Positions 1-11,230 of a stretch of DNA of 64,000 bases are shown piece after piece. A model generated the notes under the pieces. The model had not been told where the DNA came from. It saw only the letters and a list, made by a program, of their open reading frames with translations, and made no database searches. Location of the stretch: NCBI GenBank assembly GCA_965250205.1, contig CBDFNK010000010.1:8127-72126 (forward strand), written 5' to 3'. Each line of letters opens with the position of its first letter. Position 1 is the stretch's first letter. A program made the translations under genes and the position numbers. The stretch is from Hyphomicrobiaceae bacterium (GTDB lineage Bacteria > Pseudomonadota > Alphaproteobacteria > Rhizobiales > Hyphomicrobiaceae).

Positions 1-239
1 TTGATGAAGGAACCATCGAAGCCTTTGTCCATGACGAACCCATTTTGAAGTTTCAAGTCCTGAAAGGCTATCAGGGGCGCCTCAACATTTTACCCAATGT
101 GTTTGAGGTGCAGGACTATGGCATCGTTCTGCCACCAAACTCGCCTGATCGCGAGGGCATCAATCAAGCCGTTCTTGATGTGATGGGATCGCCCGCGTGG
201 CGCGCTACGCGCGAAAAGTACTTTGGCTCGGAAGACTAG
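1..239 (+). CDS. solute-binding protein of an amino-acid-type ABC transporter, C-terminal fragment (5' end outside window)
   Basis: The frame is open from the window edge to TAG at 237-239. The tail ...EAFVHDEPILKFQVLKGYQGRLNILPNVFEVQDYGIVLPPNSPDREGINQAVLDV... resembles the C-terminal lobe of family-3 periplasmic binding proteins. Confidence 0.6.
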   Translation, partial: DEGTIEAFVHDEPILKFQVLKGYQGRLNILPNVFEVQDYGIVLPPNSPDREGINQAVLDVMGSPAWRATREKYFGSED

Positions 240-245
240 GTCAGA

Positions 246-468
246 CCAACACAACTTTAGGACGTGTTGGCAAACAAAATAGCCCGACCAACACAACTTT
301 AGGACGTGTTGGCATGACAATATGTACACCAACATTCGGCAAGCCGATGTTGGATAAGACCAACACAACTTTAGGACGTGTTGGCAAACAAAATAGCCCG
401 ACCAACACGACTTTAGAAAGTGTTGGCAAACAAAATAGCCCGACCAACACAACTTTAGAAAGTGTTGG
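246..468. repeat. tandem array of 25-nt stem-loops (CCAACAC-N11-GTGTTGG) with an invariant 17-nt linker, about 42-bp period
   Basis: Units lie at 246-270, 288-312, 360-384, 402-426 and 444-468. A variant hairpin CCAACAT-N11-ATGTTGG lies at 329-353. The linker CAAACAAAATAGCCCGA is identical each time. Confidence 0.9.
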
Positions 469-499
469 CAAAAATGACCGGGACCCCAAGCCCCGCGCC

Positions 500-814
500 C
501 TACTCGCCTAAGAAGCCCATGTTGGTCCAGCCAATCATGCCGCGCCAACTGATACGGCACCATTTGCCCTTGCACGGACCCAAACAATGGATGCCAGAGC
601 CCGTCGCTGGGATTGACCCAACGATGCGCCCACGCGAGCTGGCCCGCGAACGAATATTCAATTGGTCCCACTCTTCAACACCACGAACGCGATAGGTATC
701 TGGACCATGAGCACAATCATAGCCATAGGCACCAGCCTCAGCAGTTGATAGACCAGCGCTGAGCGACAGAATCGCGGTGGAAAGGCTCAAGACAAAGAAA
801 CGGCGAACACACAT
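500..814 (-). CDS. secreted bacterial SH3 domain protein
   Basis: ATG at 814 is preceded by GGGAG. There is a signal-like MCVRRFFVLSLSTAILSLSAGLSTAEA. The C-terminal ...GPCKGKWCRISWRGMIGWTNMGFL is typical of SH3b domains. The longer ORF to 898 lacks an SD. Confidence 0.65.
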   Translation of the reverse strand: MCVRRFFVLSLSTAILSLSAGLSTAEAGAYGYDCAHGPDTYRVRGVEEWDQLNIRSRASSRGRIVGSIPATGSGIHCLGPCKGKWCRISWRGMIGWTNMGFLGE

Positions 815-898
815 TACTAGCTCCCAATGAGTTGACCCGGCTAAGGATCCATCTTGTCCTAGGTCGCAAGGGACCACAATTGGTTCAGACCTTGGCAC

Positions 899-939
899 AA
901 AAATAAAAAAAGACCCGGTTGCTTCAGAGCAACCAGGTC
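899..939 (-). terminator. rho-independent terminator downstream of the 980-1264 gene
   Basis: On the minus strand, stem GACCTGGTTGC / GCAACCGGGTC is followed by TTTTTTTATTTTT. Confidence 0.7.
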
Positions 940-979
940 TTGTGCCTTGGGAGCACGCCCCGTTTCAGGGGAATTTCGT

Positions 980-1264
980 TTAGCGTTTTGCTGCGCGGCG
1001 GGACACTTCAGCTTTGGAAACATAGCCGGCTGAGATCAGAGCCTTAACGCAGCGCTTTGAAAGCTTGGAACCGTTGCGGCGCATGCAAGCTTTGGTGGCT
1101 GCAGAACCTGGAGCGTGTTGTGAGCAGTAGTTCAGGTAATCACCGGTGCAAGAAACTTTAACGCGCAGCGAAACGGCTGAAGCGGTGGAAGCCTGGGCTG
1201 CCAGGGCGCCTGCAACAACGGCGGTTGTCAGGGCAGTGCGAAGGATTGTGTTCAAGGTGGTCAT
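980..1264 (-). CDS. small secreted cysteine-rich protein (hypothetical)
   Basis: There is a signal peptide MTTLNTILRTALTTAVVAGALAAQASTASA. The mature part has four Cys in a YCSQHAP...ACMRRNGSKLSKRCVKAL pattern, and a terminator follows. Confidence 0.7.
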   Translation of the reverse strand: MTTLNTILRTALTTAVVAGALAAQASTASAVSLRVKVSCTGDYLNYCSQHAPGSAATKACMRRNGSKLSKRCVKALISAGYVSKAEVSRRAAKR

Positions 1265-1538
1265 CGGGGCTCTCCAAGGGGTCTTTGTTGTTCGTCGATA
1301 AACACACCCTACGAGAGCGTCGCTTTTTCAGCTGTTCCGGCGGGAACAATCTGAAATAAAATTATATACCTTTGTTTTTATTGCTTTATTTTGATCCCGC
1401 CATAGCCTGTAAATAGCGCTGATCGTTGCCAGTTTAGTTAATGGCGTGGTGATATTCGCCCCTTGCACGCGCCCACGAACAACCCGGGCGACAGATCAGC
1501 GCGATGGACTGCAGGCTGTTGATGTTTCGGCGCACAAT

Positions 1539-1647
1539 CCCATGTGTAAGGCAGGCCCATGTATAAAGGCAGGCCCATGTGTAAAGGCAGGCCCATGTGT
1601 AAAGGCAGGCCCATGTGTAAGGCAAGACCCATGTGTAAAGGCAGACC
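1539..1647. repeat. six tandem copies of an 18-bp unit CCCATGTGTAAAGGCAGG
   Basis: Read directly from the sequence. Copies start at 1539, 1556, 1574, 1592, 1610 and 1627, with point variants. Confidence 0.9.
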
Positions 1648-1707
1648 CGTCTACAACGCATGTACCCACGGCTGCCACACCTAAAAAAAAAGAAGGAAAG
1701 TACCCTC

Positions 1708-2142
1708 ATGCATGTTTCAAACGAAGACGCGACCAAAGCCATCAATGCCGCGCGTAAAAAGGCAAAATCTCTCAAAACAAAGATGTGCATTGCCGTTGTC
1801 GATTCCGGCGGCAACCTCAAGGCATTCGCGCGCATGGATGACGCCTGGGTCGGGTCAATCGACATTGCGATCAAGAAAGCCAAAACGTCAGTGTTCTTTG
1901 GCATGGCGACGGGTCTCATCGGCGAACTTTCACAACCCGGAAAAAGTCTTTACGGCATTGAACATTCCAATGAGGGTTTGATCACGTTTCCAGGCGGCCT
2001 TCCCATCGTCGATGAAGAAGGCATTCTGATTGGTGCAATTGGTATCAGCGGCTCGTCGGTTGAAAACGATCACAAGGTTGCAGAATCTGCGGTCAATGTT
2101 CTGGGCGTATCAGATGTGCCAGAACACCCTTGGCGCACATAA
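1708..2142 (+). CDS. GlcG/HbpS-family heme-binding protein (DUF336)
   Basis: ATG at 1708 follows AAGGAAAG. The sequence has family-typical [36 protein letters not shown]...FPGGLPI...[14 protein letters not shown]. Confidence 0.85.
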   Translation: MHVSNEDATKAINAARKKAKSLKTKMCIAVVDSGGNLKAFARMDDAWVGSIDIAIKKAKTSVFFGMATGLIGELSQPGKSLYGIEHSNEGLITFPGGLPIVDEEGILIGAIGISGSSVENDHKVAESAVNVLGVSDVPEHPWRT

Positions 2143-2175
2143 ACTTGTATGTGGCAGCTCTAAGCGTACTCTTAG

Positions 2176-2198
2176 CGATTCCGGGCTTTCCGGGATCG
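2176..2198 (+). terminator. candidate terminator hairpin after the glcG-like gene
   Basis: A 9-bp stem CGATTCCGG / CCGGGATCG (one G.U pair) is followed by TTATTT. Confidence 0.4.
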
Positions 2199-2296
2199 TT
2201 ATTTACCCTGCTTTGAGTGGCAATCCCAGTTGTAAGCCATTTGATAATGTCAGGCATTTCTTGGAGAAACCCTTGATAAATCTATTCTGATTTTAT

Positions 2297-2890
2297 CTAT
2301 TTGGCTGTCGTTCGGCTGTGTTCTGGCCGCGCGACCAGCCGCCCCCACCACGCATCAAAAGAATGCACCAATTGCGTCGCGCCCTTGGCATCAACAAGCG
2401 GGCGTTGTTCATTGTGCCAGGCAAAAATTCCACCCGCCATATTAGAGACACTGCGCGCACCTTTTTCTTTCAAGAGCGAAGCGGTACGGGTTGCCAGTTT
2501 CGACGAGCGCACACCAACGGCGCAATAAAACACCACATCTTTACCTGTAATCTCGTCTCCAAACCGAGACTGGAAGTTAGCCACAGTTGTATCGGGCAGG
2601 ACATGTTCTGCGCCCAGGATGTGGCTAACGGAAAATTCTTCTTCCGATCGGGCGTCAATCAGCAATAGGTCAGCCCGATCCAGCTTTGCAGCAACAGCAT
2701 CCGTTGCGATGTGGGGAAGCTTCGGCCAACGCTCAGCCACGCCATTCATCGTTTTGGCCAAGGCCGCGCGCGCCTGCGCACCGCCTTTGGCCTCACTGAA
2801 TGTCGGCACGCCCGTCTGCACCGCAACGACCGCCCCCACTACTGCGACCACAGTCGCAAGGATTAGGATTTTGTTGTTGCGATCAAACAT
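2297..2890 (-). CDS. rhodanese-like domain protein, membrane-anchored
   Basis: ATG at 2890 is preceded by GGGAGTGAGGA. There is an N-terminal TM segment, and the active-site-like motif YCAVGVRS lies in a rhodanese-type context. Confidence 0.8.
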   Translation of the reverse strand: MFDRNNKILILATVVAVVGAVVAVQTGVPTFSEAKGGAQARAALAKTMNGVAERWPKLPHIATDAVAAKLDRADLLLIDARSEEEFSVSHILGAEHVLPDTTVANFQSRFGDEITGKDVVFYCAVGVRSSKLATRTASLLKEKGARSVSNMAGGIFAWHNEQRPLVDAKGATQLVHSFDAWWGRLVARPEHSRTTAK

Positions 2891-3102
2891 TGTCCTCACT
2901 CCCAAGCCGCAGCTTTATAATCGTCGACCCAGATCGGCATCGTGCCAATATTGTTAAAGTTGCGATAGTCCAATTTGCCAATTTGCACTGTGGATGGGCA
3001 TTTTGCGCCAGGCCGAGAGCGGGGTTTTAAAGCAACCTGCACTCGAAGAGCACCCGTAAACCGCACGAGTAACTGAGCTCAACCCCGCCGAACCCGACCA
3101 GC

Positions 3103-3573
3103 CTATCTATACTTGGCAGCAGAAATAAACACGCCGAAGGACTCGCACCACACAACAACAGTTGAATACGCGCTGACATCGACACCTGCTGGCACGTCCA
3201 AAACAAACCCGTCAAACGTTTTTACATCGCCAACACCTTGAGCCTTGCCTTTGACTTTGTTGAATTGTGCCTCGTCTTCAACAAACTCTTTAACAAGATA
3301 CACCTTGTAATCCGGCCCAGGTGCTAACTTGCCTTGATGGACAATTTTTTTCGGGCTGACACTCACATTGCCTTCACCCCAATGTAGGAAATCGCTGCCT
3401 TTTAGGTCTCTTTTGAATTGCGCCTTGTAGAGCGCGGTCTTTGCCGTCTCGGCAAGCATGGCTTTGTCGGGGCTTTCAGGAGCCGTGAGGATCGGCAGGA
3501 AGTACACCCCAAGCGCAAACCCGATAGCCAGAGCGACACCATGGCTCGCAAAAAGCATGATCCAACGCAGCAT
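3103..3573 (-). CDS. DM13 domain-containing protein
   Basis: There is an N-terminal TM segment. The region ...FKRDLKGSDFLHWGEGNVSV...GKLAPGPDYKVYL...VVVWCESFGVFISAAKYR matches the bacterial DM13 pattern. Confidence 0.8.
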   Translation of the reverse strand: MLRWIMLFASHGVALAIGFALGVYFLPILTAPESPDKAMLAETAKTALYKAQFKRDLKGSDFLHWGEGNVSVSPKKIVHQGKLAPGPDYKVYLVKEFVEDEAQFNKVKGKAQGVGDVKTFDGFVLDVPAGVDVSAYSTVVVWCESFGVFISAAKYR

Positions 3574-3709
3574 TCTCTTTCTCCCTCAGTCTCAACGAGC
3601 GCATCTTAAACCAAATGCGCACGTCCTCAAAGTTCCCTGGCAGCAAACACTTATTACCGGTCCCGGTTCTTTCTGTCGATGCTCCAACGTCTTGCATCCT
3701 GTTCGCGGT

Positions 3710-4633
3710 TCATGGCCAAAGCACCGCAAGATACCCGATGTAGGCTGCAAGCAAGGTTGCCCCGATAATCCGCGGTATGCGCCGCAACGAAAAAACGAGC
3801 AGGCAAAGAAAAGCCGTTGCACCCAGCATGACGAGGTTATCAAAATGGACGATACCCTCTGGCACACGGGTCGGTGTGACAACGGCGATTGTGCCGCCAA
3901 TTGCCAAGATGTTAAACATGCACGAACCGAGTACGTTGCCGAGTGCAACATCACCCTCCTTACGAACTGCGGCAACGAGGGTTGTCACGATTTCAGGCAG
4001 GGTCGTACCGATAGCTACGATCGTCAGTCCAATCAAGGTGTCGTCTACGTCATAAGACCGCGCAAGTCCGACACCACCTGTGACCACAAAATAGCCACCG
4101 GCCACCAGAATAACCAAACCAATAATGACCATTCCAAGCGAGGATAGGATTGAAATCCTGCCCTCCACATCGCGTTGTGGCACACTGTGCTCATTGCCCC
4201 GTTGGTAAGAGAGAACAAGATAAAGCGCCAACGCCATCCACATGGCTGCACCGACAATCGCCGACAAGCCTGTCCACAATGAAACAACGACGAACCCCGC
4301 CGTTGCGAGCAGCACAAGGAGGACATCGCGACGTATGTCATCTCCGCGAAGGCAAAGCGGGCTGATCAAGGCTGCTATGCCGAGAACCAACAGGATGTTG
4401 GCAATGTTGGAACCAACAATATTTCCAATGGCAATGCCGGGGGCGTCGGTGAACATTGCCTCAATGCTGGTGACGAGTTCCGGCAACGATGAGCCAAAAC
4501 CGATAACAACGGCTCCAATAAAAAATGGCGATAGCCCGAACTGCTTAGCGCTCGAGACGGCACCGCGCACTGTGACTTCACCACCTGCGGCAAGCAGCAG
4601 GAATCCGGTCGCAATCAGAAAGAAATTGTTCAC
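3710..4633 (-). CDS. Ca2+/Na+ antiporter (CaCA / YrbG family)
   Basis: Polytopic membrane protein with two alpha-repeat signatures: GSSLPELVTSI and GTTLPEIVTTL. Confidence 0.9.
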   Translation of the reverse strand: MNNFFLIATGFLLLAAGGEVTVRGAVSSAKQFGLSPFFIGAVVIGFGSSLPELVTSIEAMFTDAPGIAIGNIVGSNIANILLVLGIAALISPLCLRGDDIRRDVLLVLLATAGFVVVSLWTGLSAIVGAAMWMALALYLVLSYQRGNEHSVPQRDVEGRISILSSLGMVIIGLVILVAGGYFVVTGGVGLARSYDVDDTLIGLTIVAIGTTLPEIVTTLVAAVRKEGDVALGNVLGSCMFNILAIGGTIAVVTPTRVPEGIVHFDNLVMLGATAFLCLLVFSLRRIPRIIGATLLAAYIGYLAVLWP

Positions 4634-4992
4634 TGCGCCTCAAAAGAAGTTTGGGATCAGTGCCAGAGCCAAATGGCCTGACCGAGATTTAGCGGACGTC
4701 CTCATGTTTTGCACGTGCGTGGTCCCTTGCATACACTGACGCCTCAACTAAGTAATACCCACTCAGAGATTTAAGTGCGCTCCAACGCTGGCAACCCGCG
4801 TTGGATGTAAAAACAACACCTGACATGGGCCTATCGAGATGGCACCAACGTGGCGGATCAAACATTTACCTGACCCGCCGATTTATTGAAGGGGCTGCCT
4901 GCCATTTTTGAACATCAAGCTGCTGCGGCAGTCCTTGCGTTCGTTCATAGCTGTCGTGGGCCCGGACAACAACACAACGCCCTGCAAAAATC

Positions 4993-6660
<1,668 letters not shown>

Positions 6661-6755
6661 TCAAATTGCGCGCACCCACAAACTGTGGCCGCCAAGCCAT
6701 AAAGTGCGGCCGCCAGGGATTAAGATGATGAAGCGTTGAATGCCTTAAGATACGT

Positions 6756-7121
6756 CTATTTCAGCTTATCGAGGATGCCGCCGGACGGCTCTTCTGCCGG
6801 ACTTGCAGGTGTAGTTTTATCAGCTGTTGCCGCTTTCTCGGTTGCAGCAGGTGTTGCCGATTTATCAAAAATTGATTCGTCCGACTGTGTGCGTTGCCCC
6901 AATACCGTCAACGCAATGCTGGTAGCAAAAAAGCCAAGCGCCAAACCTGCTGTCACACGGGTGAGAAGGTTGGCCTGGCCGCGTCCGGTGAGAAAACCAC
7001 CGCCGCCACCACCACCGCTACCGCCAATCCCAAGTGCGCCACCTTCTGACTTTTGCATCAGCACAACGCCAATCATTGCTGCCGCGATGATCAGGTGAAT
7101 GACAAGAATTACCGTCGCCAT
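6756..7121 (-). CDS. secG: preprotein translocase subunit SecG
   Basis: The N-terminus MATVILVIHLIIAAAMIGVVLMQKSEGGALG is followed by a glycine run and a second TM segment. The position downstream of tpiA and upstream of pyrG is conserved. Confidence 0.93.
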   Translation of the reverse strand: MATVILVIHLIIAAAMIGVVLMQKSEGGALGIGGSGGGGGGGFLTGRGQANLLTRVTAGLALGFFATSIALTVLGQRTQSDESIFDKSATPAATEKAATADKTTPASPAEEPSGGILDKLK

Positions 7122-7313
7122 GAGGGATCAGCCCTTTGATATGCCCGTGTTAGGGGAAGCCCCTGTTCAGGAGCCCAGTTTCGAGGGAACAAGTGGCGCG
7201 TTCTACACCACTTTTGGGTGCTATTGCAAAGGGATGGTGGCAATGAGGACAATACGTCCTAAACGCCTCCTTTGCCCGCCGGGTAGCAGATTGCTCCGCC
7301 GCGCCCCGATCGC

Positions 7314-8114
7314 TCAACGTGTTTTTAGCGAGGGCTGATAGCCTGGATTTTCGGGTGGCGGCACATAGGTATCCAAGCCTCGCCGGATCTTACGCGCTTT
7401 GATTTGTCGGGCTTTGGCTTGGCGCGCCTTAGCCCGACTGGTTTTAACATTGCCGGATTTTTTGCCAGATGCCGTCTTCGGCTGCAAGCGGATGACCTTT
7501 GGCAACTTGGCCTGATCGCTGCCCGGCGGGCCCTGAATGGCATTGGCTTTAACGCTAGGCCCAGCTTTTTTTTGCGGCGCGGACGGCGCCGTTGCCGATG
7601 GCACGGGTGGAACAGACTTTGATGTGCCCACTCGGATCTGCCCGCTGGGCTTTGCCCTCAAGACTTGAGCTGGCGACAGGGCCGGCCTTTTGACAGGCAT
7701 TGGAACGGCTGAGCGTCTCACCCGTTTCAGCACACCGCGTTGAGTGGTCGCCGCAGGCACCACTTTTGGCTTTGGCGACTTCACATCCCGCAACGAATGA
7801 ATAACCACAGCACTGGTCAGCGCCATGCCTTTGCAGCGAAACGCCAATTGCTCTTCAATTTCAAATACACGGGCCATCTGCTGCGTCTTGAGTTGACCCA
7901 GATGCGTCTTGGCCCATTCAGATCCGCGCGCAATCACATCTTCTATGCCCTGATCCAACAGCGTTTGATGTTCGGTTTTCAGCGCTTCACATGCGGGCTT
8001 GTCGAGTGGTTTTGCCTGCGCAGTATGCACGGCCACAAAAACAATCGCCAACGCGAACGCACGACGGTGAACAAACCGCAAAACAGCCAGTAGACCGTTC
8101 CTCTGGTGCAGCAA
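7314..8114 (-). CDS. hypothetical secreted protein with Pro/Lys-rich basic C-terminal half
   Basis: There is a signal-like N-terminus ...AIVFVAVHTAQA. The tail is low-complexity and basic: ...SRAKARQAKARQIKARKIRR... Confidence 0.6.
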   Translation of the reverse strand: MLHQRNGLLAVLRFVHRRAFALAIVFVAVHTAQAKPLDKPACEALKTEHQTLLDQGIEDVIARGSEWAKTHLGQLKTQQMARVFEIEEQLAFRCKGMALTSAVVIHSLRDVKSPKPKVVPAATTQRGVLKRVRRSAVPMPVKRPALSPAQVLRAKPSGQIRVGTSKSVPPVPSATAPSAPQKKAGPSVKANAIQGPPGSDQAKLPKVIRLQPKTASGKKSGNVKTSRAKARQAKARQIKARKIRRGLDTYVPPPENPGYQPSLKTR

Positions 8115-8224
8115 TGTAAACCGCCCTCCCCCAAAAATGCCCGATAAACAATGGAGATTATGTTTATCCCCTAAAAGCTCACCTTAAGACGCTGTTTTAG
8201 ACCAAACACAGGCGATTGTGAGAC

Positions 8225-9004
8225 CTATGATGCGCCGTGGCCATAGGCGGCTGCAATGCCTAAGAAATCAGCAGCCTTTAAACTGGCACCACCGACCAGG
8301 GCCCCATTGACATTGGCAATTGCGAGCAACGTTTTGGCATTGTCCGGCTTTACCGACCCACCATAGAGAATGCGCATCCCTTGGCCTTCGCCTTGAAAGC
8401 GATCAACCAAAGCCGCCCGAATCTCGGCATGAACTTCGCCGACATCGTCCGGCGTTGGCGTTAATCCGGTGCCAATGGCCCAAACAGGTTCATAGGCAAT
8501 AACGGTGTTAGCGGCCGTGGCTCCGTCCGGCACCGAACCAAGGAGCTGACGCTTGACCACATCAAGGGTCATACCGGCAGCACGCTCACCTGCGGTTTCA
8601 CCGATGCAGATCAGGGCCATCAGGTCAGCCCGGCGCGCCGCCTCAGCCTTCGCCCTGACATGGCGGTCCAATTCGCCATGATCGCTGCGCCGCTCAGAGT
8701 GTCCGAGTATCACCGCAGTCGCGCCAGCGTCCTTCAACATCTCAGCTGAAACATCCCCGGTATGGGCACCGTTTTTGCCGGTATGGCAGTCCTGCCCACC
8801 AATCAGAAGGTTGTGATCATGGGTGACTTCACGGAGCACCATCACCATGGTGGCGGGGGGGCAAATCATCACATCTGCAGGTCCCGCGCCAGGCTTTGAG
8901 ATGGCCTCTGCAACCGTAATCGCTTCAGGAAACGCCGCTTTGAGGCCATTCATTTTCCAGTTTCCGGCGACGAGAGGGCGAATTTGCACTGGGGTATCTG
9001 TCAT
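8225..9004 (-). CDS. tpiA: triose-phosphate isomerase
   Basis: Contains [29 protein letters not shown] and ILYGGSV. Confidence 0.97.
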   Translation of the reverse strand: MTDTPVQIRPLVAGNWKMNGLKAAFPEAITVAEAISKPGAGPADVMICPPATMVMVLREVTHDHNLLIGGQDCHTGKNGAHTGDVSAEMLKDAGATAVILGHSERRSDHGELDRHVRAKAEAARRADLMALICIGETAGERAAGMTLDVVKRQLLGSVPDGATAANTVIAYEPVWAIGTGLTPTPDDVGEVHAEIRAALVDRFQGEGQGMRILYGGSVKPDNAKTLLAIANVNGALVGGASLKAADFLGIAAAYGHGAS

Positions 9005-9319
9005 TCTAGGTCCTTATAATCTGCCGTGAGCGAGGTGGTCTCGTGTTAACGCAGTCCGCGCTATCGTATATTCCCATGCCCCATTGACTTGCTTTCGCGC
9101 TCAGCCTGGGCTTGATATCATGACAAAATCGACCGGTCAGGTGATCCCTGACCCGACCGACATAGCAACGCTGCCCTGACGTGCCAACCTGACAGGCTTG
9201 GCATTTGGCTAAATCCTGTGGCCAAGTCGTGGTGTCACAGCCAGGGCTTGAGTTTTGTGCCACCTGCGGCACACGACCCAAGGCCAGTGCAGCTTAACCA
9301 AAAGTGGAAACAAAACACG

Positions 9320-11215
9320 ATGCTTGATGCCCTAAGACGCAGCACCGGCGGCTGGATCGCAAAAACGCTCCTCTTTTTGTTGATGTTCAGCTTTGCCATC
9401 TGGGGCGTTGGTGACATGTTCGTGAACTTTGGCCGTGGTTCTGTTGCCAAAGTCGGTGACCACGATATCTCAGTTGAAGAGTATCAGCGCGCAGAACAAA
9501 TCGCACTTACCAATATTTCTCAACAAGCAGGTAAACGCATCACCAGCGAACAGGCGCGCGCTGCCGGTGTTCCGGCGCAAGTGTTGCGCGGCATCGTCGG
9601 ACAGACAGCGCTCAAGTCTCAGGCTAAAAAACTCGGCCTCGACCTTGCACCTGAAGATGTTGTCAAGTTGATCAAATCAGATCCAGACTTTGAAGGCCCA
9701 GACGGTAAGTTTTCAAAGATTGGCTTTCAAAGCTTCCTGCAACAAAACGGCCTATCTGAAGCAGGCTATGTTGCCATTCGCCGCAATGATGAGTTGCGCC
9801 AACAAATTACCGGTGCATTGCGATCATCTGTGGCGGTTCCGCCTGCACAAATCGAAGCCGAGCATGCCTACCGCAAAGAAAAGCGTACCGTTGAGCATGT
9901 TAAGATCGACGTCAATGCGAAGATTGAGGTTCCTGAACCTGAAGAAGAAAAATTGAAAGCGTACTTTGAGGCCAACAAAGCCGGATTTAAAACACCTGAG
10001 TATCGCAAGTTCGATGCGCTAACGTTGACCCTTGAAGATGTCAAAAAAGGCATCACAATTGCTGAAGCTGATATCAAGCGCAGCTATGAAGACAACAAAG
10101 AACAGTTCGACAAAGCTGAGAAACGCAGCATCCAGCAGATGGTCTTCAAGACCAAAGATGAGGCTGAAAAGGCGCGCAAAGAAATCGAGGAGAAGGGCTT
10201 TTTAAAGGTTGCAGAAGAACGCAGCCTCAAAGAAAGCGACGTCTCGCTCGGCATGATCGCCGAAAAGCAGATCTTCGACAAAGCTGTTGCCGCAGCGGCG
10301 TTCAAAGTTGAACGTGACGCTCTCTCAGACGTGATTGATGGAAAATTCGGACCCGTCCTGCTGCGCGTCATTGAAATTCAAAAAGGTGAAAAAAGCACCT
10401 TTGATGGCGTCAAAGACAAGATCAATGAGCAATTGGCAACGGAACAGGCACGCATTGAAATCCAAGAACGCTACGACCTTGTTGCAGAAGCACGCAACGC
10501 AGGGAAAACACTAAAAGAAATTGCTGACGAGCAAAAACTCACCTTCCATATTGCTGAGGCCGGCAATGCCGACAACAAAACACCCGACGACAAAGCTGCA
10601 ATTGATCATCCCGACTCTGCAGAAATGCTTGCTTCGATTTTTGCAGCCGAGCCCGGTTATGACAACGAAGCCATCGAGCTGACGACGTCAGAAGGTTATG
10701 CCTGGTACAACGTCCTCGACGTTGTGGGGCCCAAACAAAAATCTTATGACGAAGTCAAAGATGAAGTGAAAACAGCCTACCAGGAGAAACAAAAAACACG
10801 GCTCCTGAAGGAATTTGCAGATAGCCTGATGGAGCGCCTCAACAACGGCGAAGCTTTCGAAAAAGTGGCCAAAGATGCGGGCTCCGAGCCTGAAAAAACG
10901 GATCCAGCCATCACCCGTGCCATTCAGCCGATGGGACTGACGAAGGAAGCCGTTGCACTTGCCTTTACGCTTGCTAAGGGAGGGGCTGCCTCATCTGAGT
11001 CCTCCGACCGGGCATCCCGCACGGTCTTCCAAGTGGTCGACATTACACCAGCACCCACCTTGAAAGACAAAGAGAAAGACGCGTTAAAATTAGAATTGCA
11101 AAAAGTGCTGCGGGAAGACTACCTAACGACCTATGTCACAGCTTTGCAGGAAAAAATCGGTATCCAAATCAACCAGGCAGAATTTGATCGCGTCACCGGC
11201 GCAACGCCACAGTAG
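9320..11215 (+). CDS. periplasmic chaperone / peptidyl-prolyl isomerase (PpiD/SurA-N family)
   Basis: ATG at 9320 gives MLDALRRSTGGWIAKTLLFLLMFSFAIWG, the typical PpiD membrane anchor. A long chaperone region follows with an internal parvulin-like segment. Confidence 0.85.
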   Translation: MLDALRRSTGGWIAKTLLFLLMFSFAIWGVGDMFVNFGRGSVAKVGDHDISVEEYQRAEQIALTNISQQAGKRITSEQARAAGVPAQVLRGIVGQTALKSQAKKLGLDLAPEDVVKLIKSDPDFEGPDGKFSKIGFQSFLQQNGLSEAGYVAIRRNDELRQQITGALRSSVAVPPAQIEAEHAYRKEKRTVEHVKIDVNAKIEVPEPEEEKLKAYFEANKAGFKTPEYRKFDALTLTLEDVKKGITIAEADIKRSYEDNKEQFDKAEKRSIQQMVFKTKDEAEKARKEIEEKGFLKVAEERSLKESDVSLGMIAEKQIFDKAVAAAAFKVERDALSDVIDGKFGPVLLRVIEIQKGEKSTFDGVKDKINEQLATEQARIEIQERYDLVAEARNAGKTLKEIADEQKLTFHIAEAGNADNKTPDDKAAIDHPDSAEMLASIFAAEPGYDNEAIELTTSEGYAWYNVLDVVGPKQKSYDEVKDEVKTAYQEKQKTRLLKEFADSLMERLNNGEAFEKVAKDAGSEPEKTDPAITRAIQPMGLTKEAVALAFTLAKGGAASSESSDRASRTVFQVVDITPAPTLKDKEKDALKLELQKVLREDYLTTYVTALQEKIGIQINQAEFDRVTGATPQ

Positions 11216-11230
11216 CGGAAGTTTGACCCC

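Noticed and set aside
246-468. Possible CRISPR array (regularly spaced 25-nt palindromic repeats)
   Set aside because: The 17-nt spacers are identical to each other and far shorter than CRISPR spacers. No cas genes or leader are present. It is a tandem duplication of a hairpin-plus-linker unit.
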